A DNA stretch of 64,000 bases from Candidatus Multivorans sp. (GTDB taxonomy: Bacteria; Acidobacteriota; Thermoanaerobaculia; Multivoradales; Multivoraceae): NCBI GenBank assembly GCA_965224025.1, contig OZ245033.1, forward strand, positions 2,656,001 to 2,720,000. The letters are read 5' to 3'. The notes below the pieces were generated by a model. The model was not told the DNA's origin, did not search any database, and saw only the letters and a list, made by a program, of their open reading frames with translations. Shown here in pieces: positions 29,601-38,994 of this stretch; the stretch's first letter is position 1, and every line of letters starts with the position of its first letter. A program made the position numbers and the translations under genes.

Positions 29601-30920
29601 ATGGCAAAGCGGAAGGCGGAGCGTCTGGAAGTCGTTCACCCGGATTGCGCCGGTGTGGACGTAGGCAAGCGCAAGCACTACGTGGCGGTGGCCCCGTCGC
29701 GTTTCGAGCGGCCGGTGCGCAATTTCTCGTCGTTCACGGAGGACCTCGAGGCGATGGCCTCGTGGCTTCAGGAGTGCGGCGTGCGTGAGGTGGCGCTGGA
29801 GTCGACGGGGGTGTACTGGATTCCGGTGTTCGAGGTGCTGGACCGGGCGGGGTTCGAGGTGCATCTGGTGAATCCTCGGGCGACCAAGCAGGTGAGTGGC
29901 CGCAAGAGTGACGTTCTGGACTGCCAGTGGATCCGGCAGTTGATGAGCTACGGGCTCCTGCGCGGTGCGTTTCGCGCGCCGGACGAGTTGTGTCCGCTGC
30001 GTTCGTACACGCGGCAGCGCGCCCAGTTGGTCCGCGACCGCAGCCGCGCGGTGCAGCACATCCAGAAGGCTCTGGTGCAGATGAACGTGCAGTTGGACAA
30101 CGTGCTGAGCGACATCATGGGCAAGACCGGCCAGTTGATCGTGCGCGCGATCGTCGCCGGCGAGCGCGACGGCGCGGCGCTGGCCCGTCACCGGGACGGT
30201 CGCTGCAAGGCTGGTCCGGCTGTGATCGCGGCGAGTTTGCAAGGCAACTGGCGAGACGAGCACCTGTTCGCTCTGGGCCAGGCGCTGGCCCGCTACGACA
30301 TGCTGCAAGGCCAGATCGAGATGTGCGAGAAGCGCATCGACGCCGAGCTCGACGGTCTGGCCCAAGACGGCGTCGAGGACGCGCCGCCGCCCGGTTCGAA
30401 GGCGCGCGAGCGCGCCCTGCGGAAGCGGCTGCATCGCATGCTCGGCGTGGACCTGGTCGCCATTCCGACGGTCGGCGTCGAAACCGCGCTGACCTTCGCC
30501 GCTGAGATCGGCCCGGACCTGTCCCGGTTTCCCTCGCAGGGCAACTTCTGCTCGTGGCTGTGTCTGGCTCCACCGACCAACATCAGCGGCGACAAACGGC
30601 TGAACGGCCCTCCCGTGAAGCAGACCAACCGGGTCGGCCAGGCGCTGCGCCAAGCCGCCACCACAGCCCGCAACAGCAAGACCGCCATCGGAGCCTCTCA
30701 CCGCCGGCGTCTCCAGCACATGGAGAAGGCGAAGGCCATCAAGGCCACCGCTCATCAACTCGGCCGACTGATCTACGCCATGCTGACCCACGGCGAAGAG
30801 TACGTCGAGCGCGACCTCGCCGAAATGGAGGCCGTCCGACGCGAACGACAAATCAGAAACCTGCAGCGTCAGGCCCGCCGCCTGAATCTGGCTCTCGTGC
30901 CGACCGAACATGCCGCCTGA
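29601..30920 (+). CDS. IS110 family recombinase/transposase
   Basis: AGVDVG, ALESTGVYW, RKSDVLDC, IPTVG, WLCLAP..NISG; ATG 29601 after GGAGG. Confidence 0.95.
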   Translation: MAKRKAERLEVVHPDCAGVDVGKRKHYVAVAPSRFERPVRNFSSFTEDLEAMASWLQECGVREVALESTGVYWIPVFEVLDRAGFEVHLVNPRATKQVSGRKSDVLDCQWIRQLMSYGLLRGAFRAPDELCPLRSYTRQRAQLVRDRSRAVQHIQKALVQMNVQLDNVLSDIMGKTGQLIVRAIVAGERDGAALARHRDGRCKAGPAVIAASLQGNWRDEHLFALGQALARYDMLQGQIEMCEKRIDAELDGLAQDGVEDAPPPGSKARERALRKRLHRMLGVDLVAIPTVGVETALTFAAEIGPDLSRFPSQGNFCSWLCLAPPTNISGDKRLNGPPVKQTNRVGQALRQAATTARNSKTAIGASHRRRLQHMEKAKAIKATAHQLGRLIYAMLTHGEEYVERDLAEMEAVRRERQIRNLQRQARRLNLALVPTEHAA

Positions 30921-31024
30921 ATCGCGCAACCTGCGCTGCCAACAAGGAACCCCTACCCGTTTGTTCCATGCAAGCGTGCGCGGCAGAACATGGGGTGCGC
31001 CGATTCTTCCTGCGGCGCACGCAG

Positions 31025-32236
31025 CTAGCTTGCCCACTTCCTGGCTGCGGCCAGGGCCTCTTCCGACGGTGGCAGAGTGGGCTTCAGGCGCGCGGTCACG
31101 TTGAAGGGCTCCGTGTCGATCTCGTCGAGGCCCTGCTCGCCGGCGAGGACGGCGCGTTTCCATTCCTGCTGCTGGTCGTCGCGTTCCTGGAACTCGGGCA
31201 TCACTTCGCGCGCGAACAGCTCCAGGCTGCTCTTGATGTCCTCGTGGGTGTTCTTGCCGGCCTGGTTCAGCAGGATGACCTGGTCGACGTGGGCCCGTTC
31301 GAGTTCCAGCAGGCGCTCGCGGATCGTGGCGGGTGAGCCGATCAGTTCGCTGCGCGAGCGCTTCCGGCCTTCGGGCGTCTGCTTCCACTCCTGGTAGCGC
31401 TCCCAGAAGTTGTTCGACCTGGGCTCGAACGGACCTTCCTTGTTGTAGAGCTGCAGGGCGAACTGGAAGAACGTCCAGCCGTCGGCCTTGTGTTGCGCCT
31501 CTTCGTCGGTGGGCGCGCACATGAAGCCGCCGACCACGGCGAGGTTCGGGTTCGTCTGGTAGTCGCAGAGCCTCTGCTGGTCATGGGCGAAGGTGTTGTA
31601 GTACGCGTTGACCCAGGCGCGGGCGGAGTCGAGGTCGACGAACTTGAAGCACAGCGCGCCCATGCCGCGATGCGCGGCGTAGCGGATCGTTTCGAGTTGC
31701 GAGCAGGCGACCCAGAGCGGCGGGTGGGGCCGCTGCAGCGGCTTCGGAATCACGTTGCGCAGCGGGAAGTCGAAGTAGTGGCCGTGATACTCCCAGCCCT
31801 CTTCCCAGAACATCGGCAGGCAGGCCTGGACGGCCTCCTCCCACACGATCCGCTTGTCGCGGAAACTGCGGCCGAAGGGGTGGAGTTCGGTGACGCTCGA
31901 GCCCTCGCCGAGCCCGAGTTCGACGCGGCCGTTCGAAACCAGGTCGAGGGTCGACACCCGCTCGGCGACGCGGGCCGGGTGGTTCGTCGTCAACTGGACG
32001 ATGCCGTGGCCGAGGCGGATGTTCGTCGTGCGCTGCGACGCCGCGGCGAGAAACACCTCGGGCGCCGAGCTGTGCGAGTACTCCTCCAGGAAGTGGTGCT
32101 CCACCTCCCAGGCGTAGTCGTAACCGAGCCGGTCCGCGAGTTCGATCTGCTCCAGGGAGTTCTGGAGCAGGCGGTGCTCCGAGTCCGGTCCCCAGGGCTT
32201 GGGCAACTGGTGCTCGTAGAAGATGCCGAATTTCAT
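31025..32236 (-). CDS. LLM-class flavin-dependent oxidoreductase
   Basis: MKFGIFYEHQLP, EVEHHFLEEYSHSSAPE, LDLVSNGRVELG, PKPLQRPHPPLWVA. Confidence 0.92.
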   Translation of the reverse strand: MKFGIFYEHQLPKPWGPDSEHRLLQNSLEQIELADRLGYDYAWEVEHHFLEEYSHSSAPEVFLAAASQRTTNIRLGHGIVQLTTNHPARVAERVSTLDLVSNGRVELGLGEGSSVTELHPFGRSFRDKRIVWEEAVQACLPMFWEEGWEYHGHYFDFPLRNVIPKPLQRPHPPLWVACSQLETIRYAAHRGMGALCFKFVDLDSARAWVNAYYNTFAHDQQRLCDYQTNPNLAVVGGFMCAPTDEEAQHKADGWTFFQFALQLYNKEGPFEPRSNNFWERYQEWKQTPEGRKRSRSELIGSPATIRERLLELERAHVDQVILLNQAGKNTHEDIKSSLELFAREVMPEFQERDDQQQEWKRAVLAGEQGLDEIDTEPFNVTARLKPTLPPSEEALAAARKWAS

Positions 32237-32318
32237 GGCAGCCGACAGTAGCACTGTGCACGTCACCCGCCCGCCCCGGCACTCCGGGAACACGGACTGC
32301 TAGGGTCGCGCGGCGGAG

Positions 32319-32606
32319 GTGATGGCGATGGCGATGACGGCAGACGAGATCCAGGCGGCTTGCGGGGAACTGAGTGGTTGGGAGGCGGATCTGGAGGCCC
32401 CTTCGATCTCGCGGGCGTACCAGTTCCCGACCTTCCCCGCGGCGGTGCGTTTCGTGGACTTCGTGGCCGAGTTGGCCGAAGCGGCGGACCACCACCCGGA
32501 TATCGACATCCGCTACAACCGGGTCCGGCTCACCTTGAGTACCCACTCTGCGGGCGGGGTAACCGAGAAGGACTTCGCTCTGGCGCGGGCGGTCGATCAC
32601 TGTTGA
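32319..32606 (+). CDS. phhB: Pterin-4-alpha-carbinolamine dehydratase
   Basis: [23 protein letters not shown]. Confidence 0.9.
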   Translation: MMAMAMTADEIQAACGELSGWEADLEAPSISRAYQFPTFPAAVRFVDFVAELAEAADHHPDIDIRYNRVRLTLSTHSAGGVTEKDFALARAVDHC

Positions 32607-32625
32607 TGAGGCCGGTTCGCTGCCC

Positions 32626-33474
32626 GTGACTCAACCGTTGGAAGCGGCGCCGCGGCCCGCGCCCGAGGCGCCCTACTACCTGCCGGCCGCCAACGAGGTC
32701 GAGATGTTTCTGGCCGCGTACCGGGCGCGCATGCCGATCCTGCTCAAGGGACCGACCGGCTGCGGAAAGACGCGGTTTCTGGAACACATGACGCACCGCC
32801 TGTACCGCGGCGCCGAGTCGGGCACGCGGGCCGGCATCGAACAGCCCCTGGTCACCGTCGCCTGCCACGAGGATTTGACCGCCACGGACCTGGTCGGCCG
32901 GTACCTGCTGGAGGGCGACGACACCGTCTGGATGGACGGTCCGCTGACCCGGGCGGTGCGCGACGGGTCGATCTGCTACCTCGACGAGATCGTCGAGGCG
33001 CGCAAGGACACGACGGTGCTGATCCACGCGCTGACCGACCACCGGCGCATCCTGCCGATCGAGAAGCGGGGCGAGATCCTGCCGGCCCACCCCGACTTCC
33101 TGCTCGTCTTGTCGTACAACCCGGGCTACCAGAGCGTCGCCAAGGACCTGAAGCCGAGTACCCGCCAGCGGTTCGTGGCGCTCGAGTTCGACTACCCGCC
33201 ACCGGAGCTCGAAGCCGAAATCATCGCGCACGAGGCGGACATCGACGAGACGCTGGCCCGCGACCTGGCCGAACTCGGCAAGCGCATTCGCAACCTGCAT
33301 CACCGCGGCTTCGACGAGGGGGTCAGCACCCGGCTGCTGATCTACACGGCTCAGTTGATCGTGGGCGGCATCAGTGTGCGCGAGGCGTGCGTGGCCGCGA
33401 TCTGCCGGGCGATCACCGACGACGACGAAGTCCAACGCGCGGTGACTGAGGTCGCATCGACTCTCCTGCCTTGA
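32626..33474 (+). CDS. CbbQ/NirQ/NorQ family AAA+ ATPase
   Basis: [48 protein letters not shown]. Confidence 0.93.
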   Translation: MTQPLEAAPRPAPEAPYYLPAANEVEMFLAAYRARMPILLKGPTGCGKTRFLEHMTHRLYRGAESGTRAGIEQPLVTVACHEDLTATDLVGRYLLEGDDTVWMDGPLTRAVRDGSICYLDEIVEARKDTTVLIHALTDHRRILPIEKRGEILPAHPDFLLVLSYNPGYQSVAKDLKPSTRQRFVALEFDYPPPELEAEIIAHEADIDETLARDLAELGKRIRNLHHRGFDEGVSTRLLIYTAQLIVGGISVREACVAAICRAITDDDEVQRAVTEVASTLLP

Positions 33475-33490
33475 CCCTTCCACGTCCCGA

Positions 33491-35791
33491 GTGCGCTTTG
33501 GGAACGCGGGCATCCTGCCCGCATCTGCCCCTGGGAACGCGGGCATCCTGCCCGCATCTGGAACGGTTCGGGACTCTCCTGCCTTGCCCCTCGTAGAACT
33601 CGACGACATCGGACGCATCCTCGAGCTCTACGTCGAGGCGATGCTGGCGCGCCCGGCCGAGGTCCGGCCGCTGGCTGATCTGGAAACCGGCGACCGGTCG
33701 CGCGCCGGTCACCTCGACTTGGAGGGCGCGGCCGCAGCGGGCCGCCCGACGACCGACGGCGCCGCCTTCTACCTGCCGGAGCAGATCGACCGGTTTCCCG
33801 ACCGCTACGGGAACTTCATGGTCTACCGGATGGCGGTGCTGCACCAGTTGGGCGGCGTGCTGTTCGGCACCTACCGCCGGGGTCCGGTCCGGTTTGCCGA
33901 CTTCTTCGCCGGGTTCGACGAGCCCGGCCTCGCCCGTGCGCTGTTTGCGCGACTCGAAGGGGCGCGCATCGACGCTGCGCTGGCGCGCACGTTCCGGGGT
34001 GTCCGCCGGGACCTCCTGCGGCTGATCGACGATGCCCTGGAGTCCTCGGCAGCGCCTCCGTCGAGGGCGAGGCGGCGACATCGGTTCCGCGAAGCGGCTC
34101 TGTTCGATCTGGCGGCCGCGTTGCTGGTGGCCCAGCGATCATTGTTGACTTCGCCCGCATCCGGCTCTGAACTACGCCGCGGAAGCGACCTCCCCAACGA
34201 AGCCGCGTCCCTGCTCCAACCCGGCGCTACCGTCGAGGACACGCGACGCGCAGTGCGCTCCCTCTATCCGGTGTTCGCGGCCCTGCGCTCGCGCGGCCTC
34301 CCGGCCGACCCGGGCGTGCCGGCCGGCGATGCCTGCGCGGAAGATCGCGAGCCGGCGCCCGACGCCGACCCGGTCCCGCAGTCGCTCGAGATGCCGGCGC
34401 CGGCCCATCACGGCGACCCGGCGCCCGAGCGGGTCGAACTGCGAGGCGAGTGGGCCGAACTCGCCGCTGAGGTCGAACTGCGCGACGACGTGGAACCGGG
34501 TCCGGTGGCCTCGGGCCTGATGGACCAGTTGCAGGTCGACGAACTCGGCGTGCTCAGCCTCCAAGACGGCGATCTTTCGGGCACCGCCGGACTGCCGCTC
34601 ACCGACCTCGACGTCACCGGGGCGATCGAGGCCGAGGCCGGCGACGCGGACGCCGAGTCGATCGAACTCGATCCGGAAGAGCTGGCCGCCCGGCTGGAGG
34701 AACTGTCGAAACGGCTCGAGCGCGAGCTTGCGGAGGCGGGCCTCGACCGTGACCGCGAGCAGATCCACTACTACGACGAGTGGGACCACGAGCTTGCCGG
34801 CTACCGTCGCCGCTGGTGCCACCTCCGCGAGAAGGCGATCGAACCGCCACCCGCGAAAGGCGGCGTCGCGGCCGTTTCGGATCGCCGATTCGTCGATGAG
34901 ACGAGACACCACCATGCCGACCTGCTCCGGCGGGTGCGTCGCCAGTTCGAGTTGCTCAAGCCGGAGGAACTCCGGCGCGTGCGCCGTCTGATCGAAGGCG
35001 AGGAACTCGACCTCGACCGGGTGGTGGAGACGCACGTGGACCGCCGCGCCGGCCGGCCGCCGGACGGCGCCGTATACATGAGCCGCCGCCGACAGCATCG
35101 CGACGTGGCGGCGGCGTTCCTGCTCGACATGAGCGCATCGACCGACGCCGAGGCGCCTACCTGTGAGCCGGAACCCCTTCCCGGCAAGACCCCGGCGCCC
35201 GAGTACGTGGGCGTCTTCGACGACTTCGACTGGCCGGACAATCCCCAGCCCCTGCCGCCCGGCCGCCGGGTGATCGACATCGAGAAGGAGTCCCTGGTCC
35301 TGATGGCCGACGCGCTCGAGACCCTGGGCGACGACTACGCGATCTACGGCTTCTCCGGGTTCGGCCGCAAGGAGGTGGAGTTCTTCGTCGCCAAGGAGTT
35401 CGACGACGACCTCAGCCGGGAAGCGGAAGAGCGGATTGCCGCGATGGAACCGAAGCGCAGCACCCGCATGGGACCGGCGATCCGCCACGCGGCGGTGAAG
35501 CTCGCCGAACGCGAAGCGAAGGTCAAGGTGCTGCTCATCCTCTCCGACGGCTACCCCCAGGACTTCGACTACGGCAGCGACCGCGCCTCGCGCGTCTACG
35601 GCATACGCGACACGATGGTCGCCCTGCGCGAGACGGAACGCCAGGGCATCTCGACGTTCTGCATCACCGTCGACCCCGCCGGCCACGACTACCTGCGCGA
35701 GATGTGCCCCGAGCGCCGCTACCTCGTGATCGACGAGATTGCGGCCTTGCCGAGCCAGTTGCCGAAGGTGTACCGGGGCCTGACGGCGTAG
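33491..35791 (+). CDS. NorD/CbbO-like VWA adaptor protein
   Basis: PTTDG, YDEWD, GEELDLD, LLDMSAST, EKESL, TRMGPAIRHA, LSDGYPQD; start uncertain because repeats occupy the 5' end. Confidence 0.88.
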   Translation: MRFGNAGILPASAPGNAGILPASGTVRDSPALPLVELDDIGRILELYVEAMLARPAEVRPLADLETGDRSRAGHLDLEGAAAAGRPTTDGAAFYLPEQIDRFPDRYGNFMVYRMAVLHQLGGVLFGTYRRGPVRFADFFAGFDEPGLARALFARLEGARIDAALARTFRGVRRDLLRLIDDALESSAAPPSRARRRHRFREAALFDLAAALLVAQRSLLTSPASGSELRRGSDLPNEAASLLQPGATVEDTRRAVRSLYPVFAALRSRGLPADPGVPAGDACAEDREPAPDADPVPQSLEMPAPAHHGDPAPERVELRGEWAELAAEVELRDDVEPGPVASGLMDQLQVDELGVLSLQDGDLSGTAGLPLTDLDVTGAIEAEAGDADAESIELDPEELAARLEELSKRLERELAEAGLDRDREQIHYYDEWDHELAGYRRRWCHLREKAIEPPPAKGGVAAVSDRRFVDETRHHHADLLRRVRRQFELLKPEELRRVRRLIEGEELDLDRVVETHVDRRAGRPPDGAVYMSRRRQHRDVAAAFLLDMSASTDAEAPTCEPEPLPGKTPAPEYVGVFDDFDWPDNPQPLPPGRRVIDIEKESLVLMADALETLGDDYAIYGFSGFGRKEVEFFVAKEFDDDLSREAEERIAAMEPKRSTRMGPAIRHAAVKLAEREAKVKVLLILSDGYPQDFDYGSDRASRVYGIRDTMVALRETERQGISTFCITVDPAGHDYLREMCPERRYLVIDEIAALPSQLPKVYRGLTA
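33500..33558 (+). repeat. REP-like family B, two tandem copies (33-bp period)
   Basis: gggaacgcgggcatcctgcccgcatc at 33500 and 33533. Confidence 0.9.
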
Positions 35792-35905
35792 CGGCGCCGC
35801 CTTGGTCGGTCTCAGCCGTCCGCACAGGGGGTCTCACCCGCCCCTCTCGACCCACTGCGCAGGCTGGACGGTGTCGAGCCGGCAAGGCCGCGCTCCGTAG
35901 CTGGT

Positions 35906-37261
35906 CTATCTCGGCGCGAGCACTCCCAACGGGGGTGAGCCGTCGGGGCTCTCGAAGTCGACGTCGAGCAGCAAGGCTATGAGGTCTGCGATGTCGGTGA
36001 GCCCCATGCGGTGTACGGTGCGGCCCGGCTCGAAGCCGGCGCCCCAGCCGACGAAGCCGGTGAGGATCTCGGGGAAGTCGGTGGGGAAGAAGCCGTGGGC
36101 GCCGCCGGCGGTGGGGCGAAGGGCGTCGCCTGAGGCGTCGGAACCGAAGCTGACGCCGAGCGTGCCGGCGAGGGCGAAGGGGGCATTCGGGGCGGCGCCG
36201 ATGGCATCGAGTTCCTCCCGTTCGACGACGCGGAACAGGCGGTGGATGGAAGCGGGCAGAGTGGCGAGGAGCTTGCGCACCGCTGCTTCAGCGTCTCGGT
36301 CGTCGGCGTCCCGCAAGTGCATGAAGGCGCCGCCGCCCGTGGGGTGGAAGGTGGCGCGCCATGTGCCGCGGTCGGGCTCGGTGCCGTGGAGGCCGGCTTC
36401 GGTCAGCCAGACGTTGGGCATGACCTGGGTGTGGAGGTCGACGAAGCCGTGGTCGCCGGTGATCACGAAGGCGGTGCGGTCCAGGATCCCTGCGCGTTCG
36501 GCGGCGTCGCGGATCGCTCCGATCGCCCGGTCGGCGCCGGCGACAGCGCGCCGGGCGATGTCGGACTCCCGCCCCTGTTCGTGCTGGAAGCGGTCGGTGG
36601 AGATCAGGTGGAGGGCCATCAGGGCCGGCCGGTGGGTCTCCAGGACGTACGCCGCGATGGCGGCCGTCGTGTCGTCGCGGGTGATGTAGTTGGCGGAGTA
36701 GTTGCGCAGGTTGAGGCGCCCCGTGGCCTCCCGCTCCAATTCCTGCCACAGACCCGGCGTGCTGCCCTCGCGCATCGGCAGCAGGCGGTCGACGTTGGGG
36801 TCGAGGGAGTAGACCTCGGGGACGAGGAGGTCGATCGGCGCGCCGACGGTCACCGGCCAGGAGATCGCCGCGGCCTCCCTGCCGGCGGCTCGGACCGCGT
36901 CCCAGAGGGTGGGAACCTGGATTGCCGATTCGTGCCAGTACCACTGGCCGGTCTGGCCGGCGGGTTCAAAGGGCCGGTTGTAGTAGACGCCGTGGCGGGC
37001 GGGTAGTGCGCCGGTGACGATCGTCGTGTGCGAGGGATAGGTAACGGAGGGAAACACCCCGTGCACCCCCTCGGCGTGCGCGCCGTCGCGCGCCATCTGC
37101 TGCATGTTCGGTGCCGGCCAGGAGGAACCTGGAATGTAGAAGTCGGGACGGAAGCCGTCCACCGAAATGAGCACGACGTGGTCCGCCCGCGGCTGGGCGG
37201 CCAGGGGGACGGTGGCCAGGACCAGGGCGCCGATGGCTACCAGGAAGCTCCGCGGCATCAT
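35906..37261 (-). CDS. Nucleotide pyrophosphatase/phosphodiesterase (alkaline phosphatase superfamily)
   Basis: Signal peptide; VVLISVDG, PSVTYPSHTTIVTG, GDHGF, GAHGF. Confidence 0.9.
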   Translation of the reverse strand: MMPRSFLVAIGALVLATVPLAAQPRADHVVLISVDGFRPDFYIPGSSWPAPNMQQMARDGAHAEGVHGVFPSVTYPSHTTIVTGALPARHGVYYNRPFEPAGQTGQWYWHESAIQVPTLWDAVRAAGREAAAISWPVTVGAPIDLLVPEVYSLDPNVDRLLPMREGSTPGLWQELEREATGRLNLRNYSANYITRDDTTAAIAAYVLETHRPALMALHLISTDRFQHEQGRESDIARRAVAGADRAIGAIRDAAERAGILDRTAFVITGDHGFVDLHTQVMPNVWLTEAGLHGTEPDRGTWRATFHPTGGGAFMHLRDADDRDAEAAVRKLLATLPASIHRLFRVVEREELDAIGAAPNAPFALAGTLGVSFGSDASGDALRPTAGGAHGFFPTDFPEILTGFVGWGAGFEPGRTVHRMGLTDIADLIALLLDVDFESPDGSPPLGVLAPR

Positions 37262-37278
37262 GTGCCGTTCCGCCCCCT

Positions 37279-37323
37279 GGGAACGCGGGCATCTTGCCCG
37301 CATCCGGCGCGCAGCGCCGGCCT
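37279..37323 (+). repeat. REP-like family B copy
   Basis: gggaacgcgggcatcttgcccgcatccggcgcgcagcgccggcct. Confidence 0.88.
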
Positions 37324-37370
37324 GACACCGCTGACCCTCATTCTCAGGAGGCCGGGCTTCGTCACTTCCG

Positions 37371-38198
37371 CTAGACCGCCGCCGCCAACCGGCGGTCGTA
37401 GACGCTCTGCCGCATCTCTTCCAGCTTGTCGATATAGAGCTGCCGGTAGCCCTCGTAGTCGAGGCCGAAGGGCGCGTTGCCCGGCTCGAAGCCGGCGAAG
37501 GTCTGGTTCGGGTCGTTTTCGGCGAACGGACGCATGGCCTCGACCTGCTCCTCAAACAGGTCGACCAGGCCGGAGTGCTCGGCCAGCAGCCGCTGCAGGA
37601 CGTAGACGCCGAACGCGATGTGGCGGGCCTCGTCACGCTGGATCAACCGGATGCCGCGCTCGAGCGCCGGGAAACGTCCGCTGCGCTCGAAGATCGAGTA
37701 GTACAACGGGTAGCCGGCCTCGGCGCCCACGCCCTCGACGTAGAAGTGGTAGAGCATGATCGCGTTCAGCATCGCCTCGGGGCTGTCATCCGTGAACAGC
37801 GCGCGCATGGCGTGGGGCAGGCGCGTGGAGAACATGTCGCCGTGGAGATCGGGGTACGGAATGTCGACGCCGAAGCGGCCCGGCAGCGTCTCGATCAGCC
37901 AGGTCTCGAAGAACTGGACGTGGCGTGCCTCCTCGTACATCTGGGCGGTGACGAACATCTCCTCCTCGAGCCGGCCCTGCTGGCGGAGCCGGAACTGGAG
38001 CGGCGCGAGTTCGTGGGCCACGCCGCGCTCGCCGACCCGGAAGCCGGACACGAGCCGCAGCAGCAACTGACGTTCGTCGTCCTTGAGCGACAGCCAGTCG
38101 GAGTGCTCCTGGGAGAAGTCGATGTCGGCGGGGTTCCAGGAACGCTCGTGCGAAGCGGTGAACAGCCGCATCGGAAGCGAGGTGTCGTCGAACGGCAT
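37371..38198 (-). CDS. R2-like ligand-binding oxidase (R2lox, ferritin-like dimetal)
   Basis: SLPMRLF, WNPADIDFSQ, GERGV, EEARH, YVEGV, DEARH; ATG after GGAGGT. Confidence 0.85.
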   Translation of the reverse strand: MPFDDTSLPMRLFTASHERSWNPADIDFSQEHSDWLSLKDDERQLLLRLVSGFRVGERGVAHELAPLQFRLRQQGRLEEEMFVTAQMYEEARHVQFFETWLIETLPGRFGVDIPYPDLHGDMFSTRLPHAMRALFTDDSPEAMLNAIMLYHFYVEGVGAEAGYPLYYSIFERSGRFPALERGIRLIQRDEARHIAFGVYVLQRLLAEHSGLVDLFEEQVEAMRPFAENDPNQTFAGFEPGNAPFGLDYEGYRQLYIDKLEEMRQSVYDRRLAAAV

Positions 38199-38269
38199 CA
38201 GGTAGACCTCCTGGTCGCCGATTCTAGTCCAGCGCCTCGCTGGCATCGGGGGCGAAGCGGTCGATTCCT

Positions 38270-38320
38270 GGGAACGCGGGCGTCTCGCCCGCATCCGGCG
38301 CGGTCCTTCAGAGCGCCGGA
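38270..38320 (+). repeat. REP-like family B copy
   Basis: gggaacgcgggcgtctcgcccgcatccggcgc...gcgccgga. Confidence 0.85.
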
Positions 38321-38356
38321 AGAGTCCTTAGGTCGGGGAAGCGCTAGAGTTACACC

Positions 38357-38848
38357 GTGAATACCACGTCTGAGACGACACTGTGGGCTCGGGGACCGGT
38401 ACCGCCCCGCACCGCGGTGCGATCGCGGTTGGTCGCCTTCGGCGCGCTCGCACTGGCCGGAGCATTCCTGGCATGCGCCGAGTCGGTGCCCGAACCGGAC
38501 GAAGGCAGTCTGCGGGCTTCCTTCATTGCGCAGATCGAGGCCGACGAACATGTGAAGGACCTCAAGGTCTACGGCAACGAAATCCACTTCGCTCGCCGTG
38601 ACCGCTCGGGTGAGCACGTCGACTGGCGGGTTCGCATTGACTCGCTGTCGGTGGAGCCCTGGGCCGGTGACGAGGCTGAGTTGGCGGGTCACGTCGTGTC
38701 GGGCTGGAGTGTTGCCGGACGCCCGGTGTCGGTCGAAATCGGGCCGGAGGGTCTGGTCACCGACATGCCGATCTGGGTGCTCGACGCAGGCTTGGCGCCG
38801 GTGTGCTGGGCGCTCTGGGACGAGGACGCGAAAGCCTGGGGCTGGTGA
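38357..38848 (+). CDS. Hypothetical lipoprotein
   Basis: Hydrophobic stretch ending FLAC; Trp-rich globular region; typical codon usage. Confidence 0.6.
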   Translation: MNTTSETTLWARGPVPPRTAVRSRLVAFGALALAGAFLACAESVPEPDEGSLRASFIAQIEADEHVKDLKVYGNEIHFARRDRSGEHVDWRVRIDSLSVEPWAGDEAELAGHVVSGWSVAGRPVSVEIGPEGLVTDMPIWVLDAGLAPVCWALWDEDAKAWGW

Positions 38849-38850
38849 AA

Positions 38851-38931
38851 CCGGGTGGCGCGATCGGCGCGACCCGCGAACTACTCGCCGCGCCCGTCAG
38901 CGGGCGCGGGGATGCACCCGGGTGGGTCGGA
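38851..38931 (-). repeat. Diverged repeat family A copy
   Basis: Reverse complement catccccgcgcccgctgacgggcgcggcga...gttcgcgggtcgcgccgatcgcgccacc keeps both hairpins. Confidence 0.7.
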
Positions 38932-38994
38932 CGCTGCGGCGGGGCAGCTATGATCACGGTGCGCGAATGAACACGCTGGTTGGAGGGCAGGCAC

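Larger units (their letters stand above)
29321..30974 (+). mobile_element. IS110-family element 2, AG core at both junctions
   Basis: Junctions gttccctagg-AG-tgtcc (core 29321-22) and gttccatgca-AG-cgtgc (core 30973-74); the rejoined target resembles 6195-6228. Confidence 0.78.

Noticed and set aside
32626-35791. Evidence for carbon fixation or denitrification
   Set aside because: There are no Rubisco, norCB or nirS genes in the window.
37371-38198. Ribonucleotide reductase beta subunit
   Set aside because: The motifs and short length fit R2lox, and no nrdA is adjacent.
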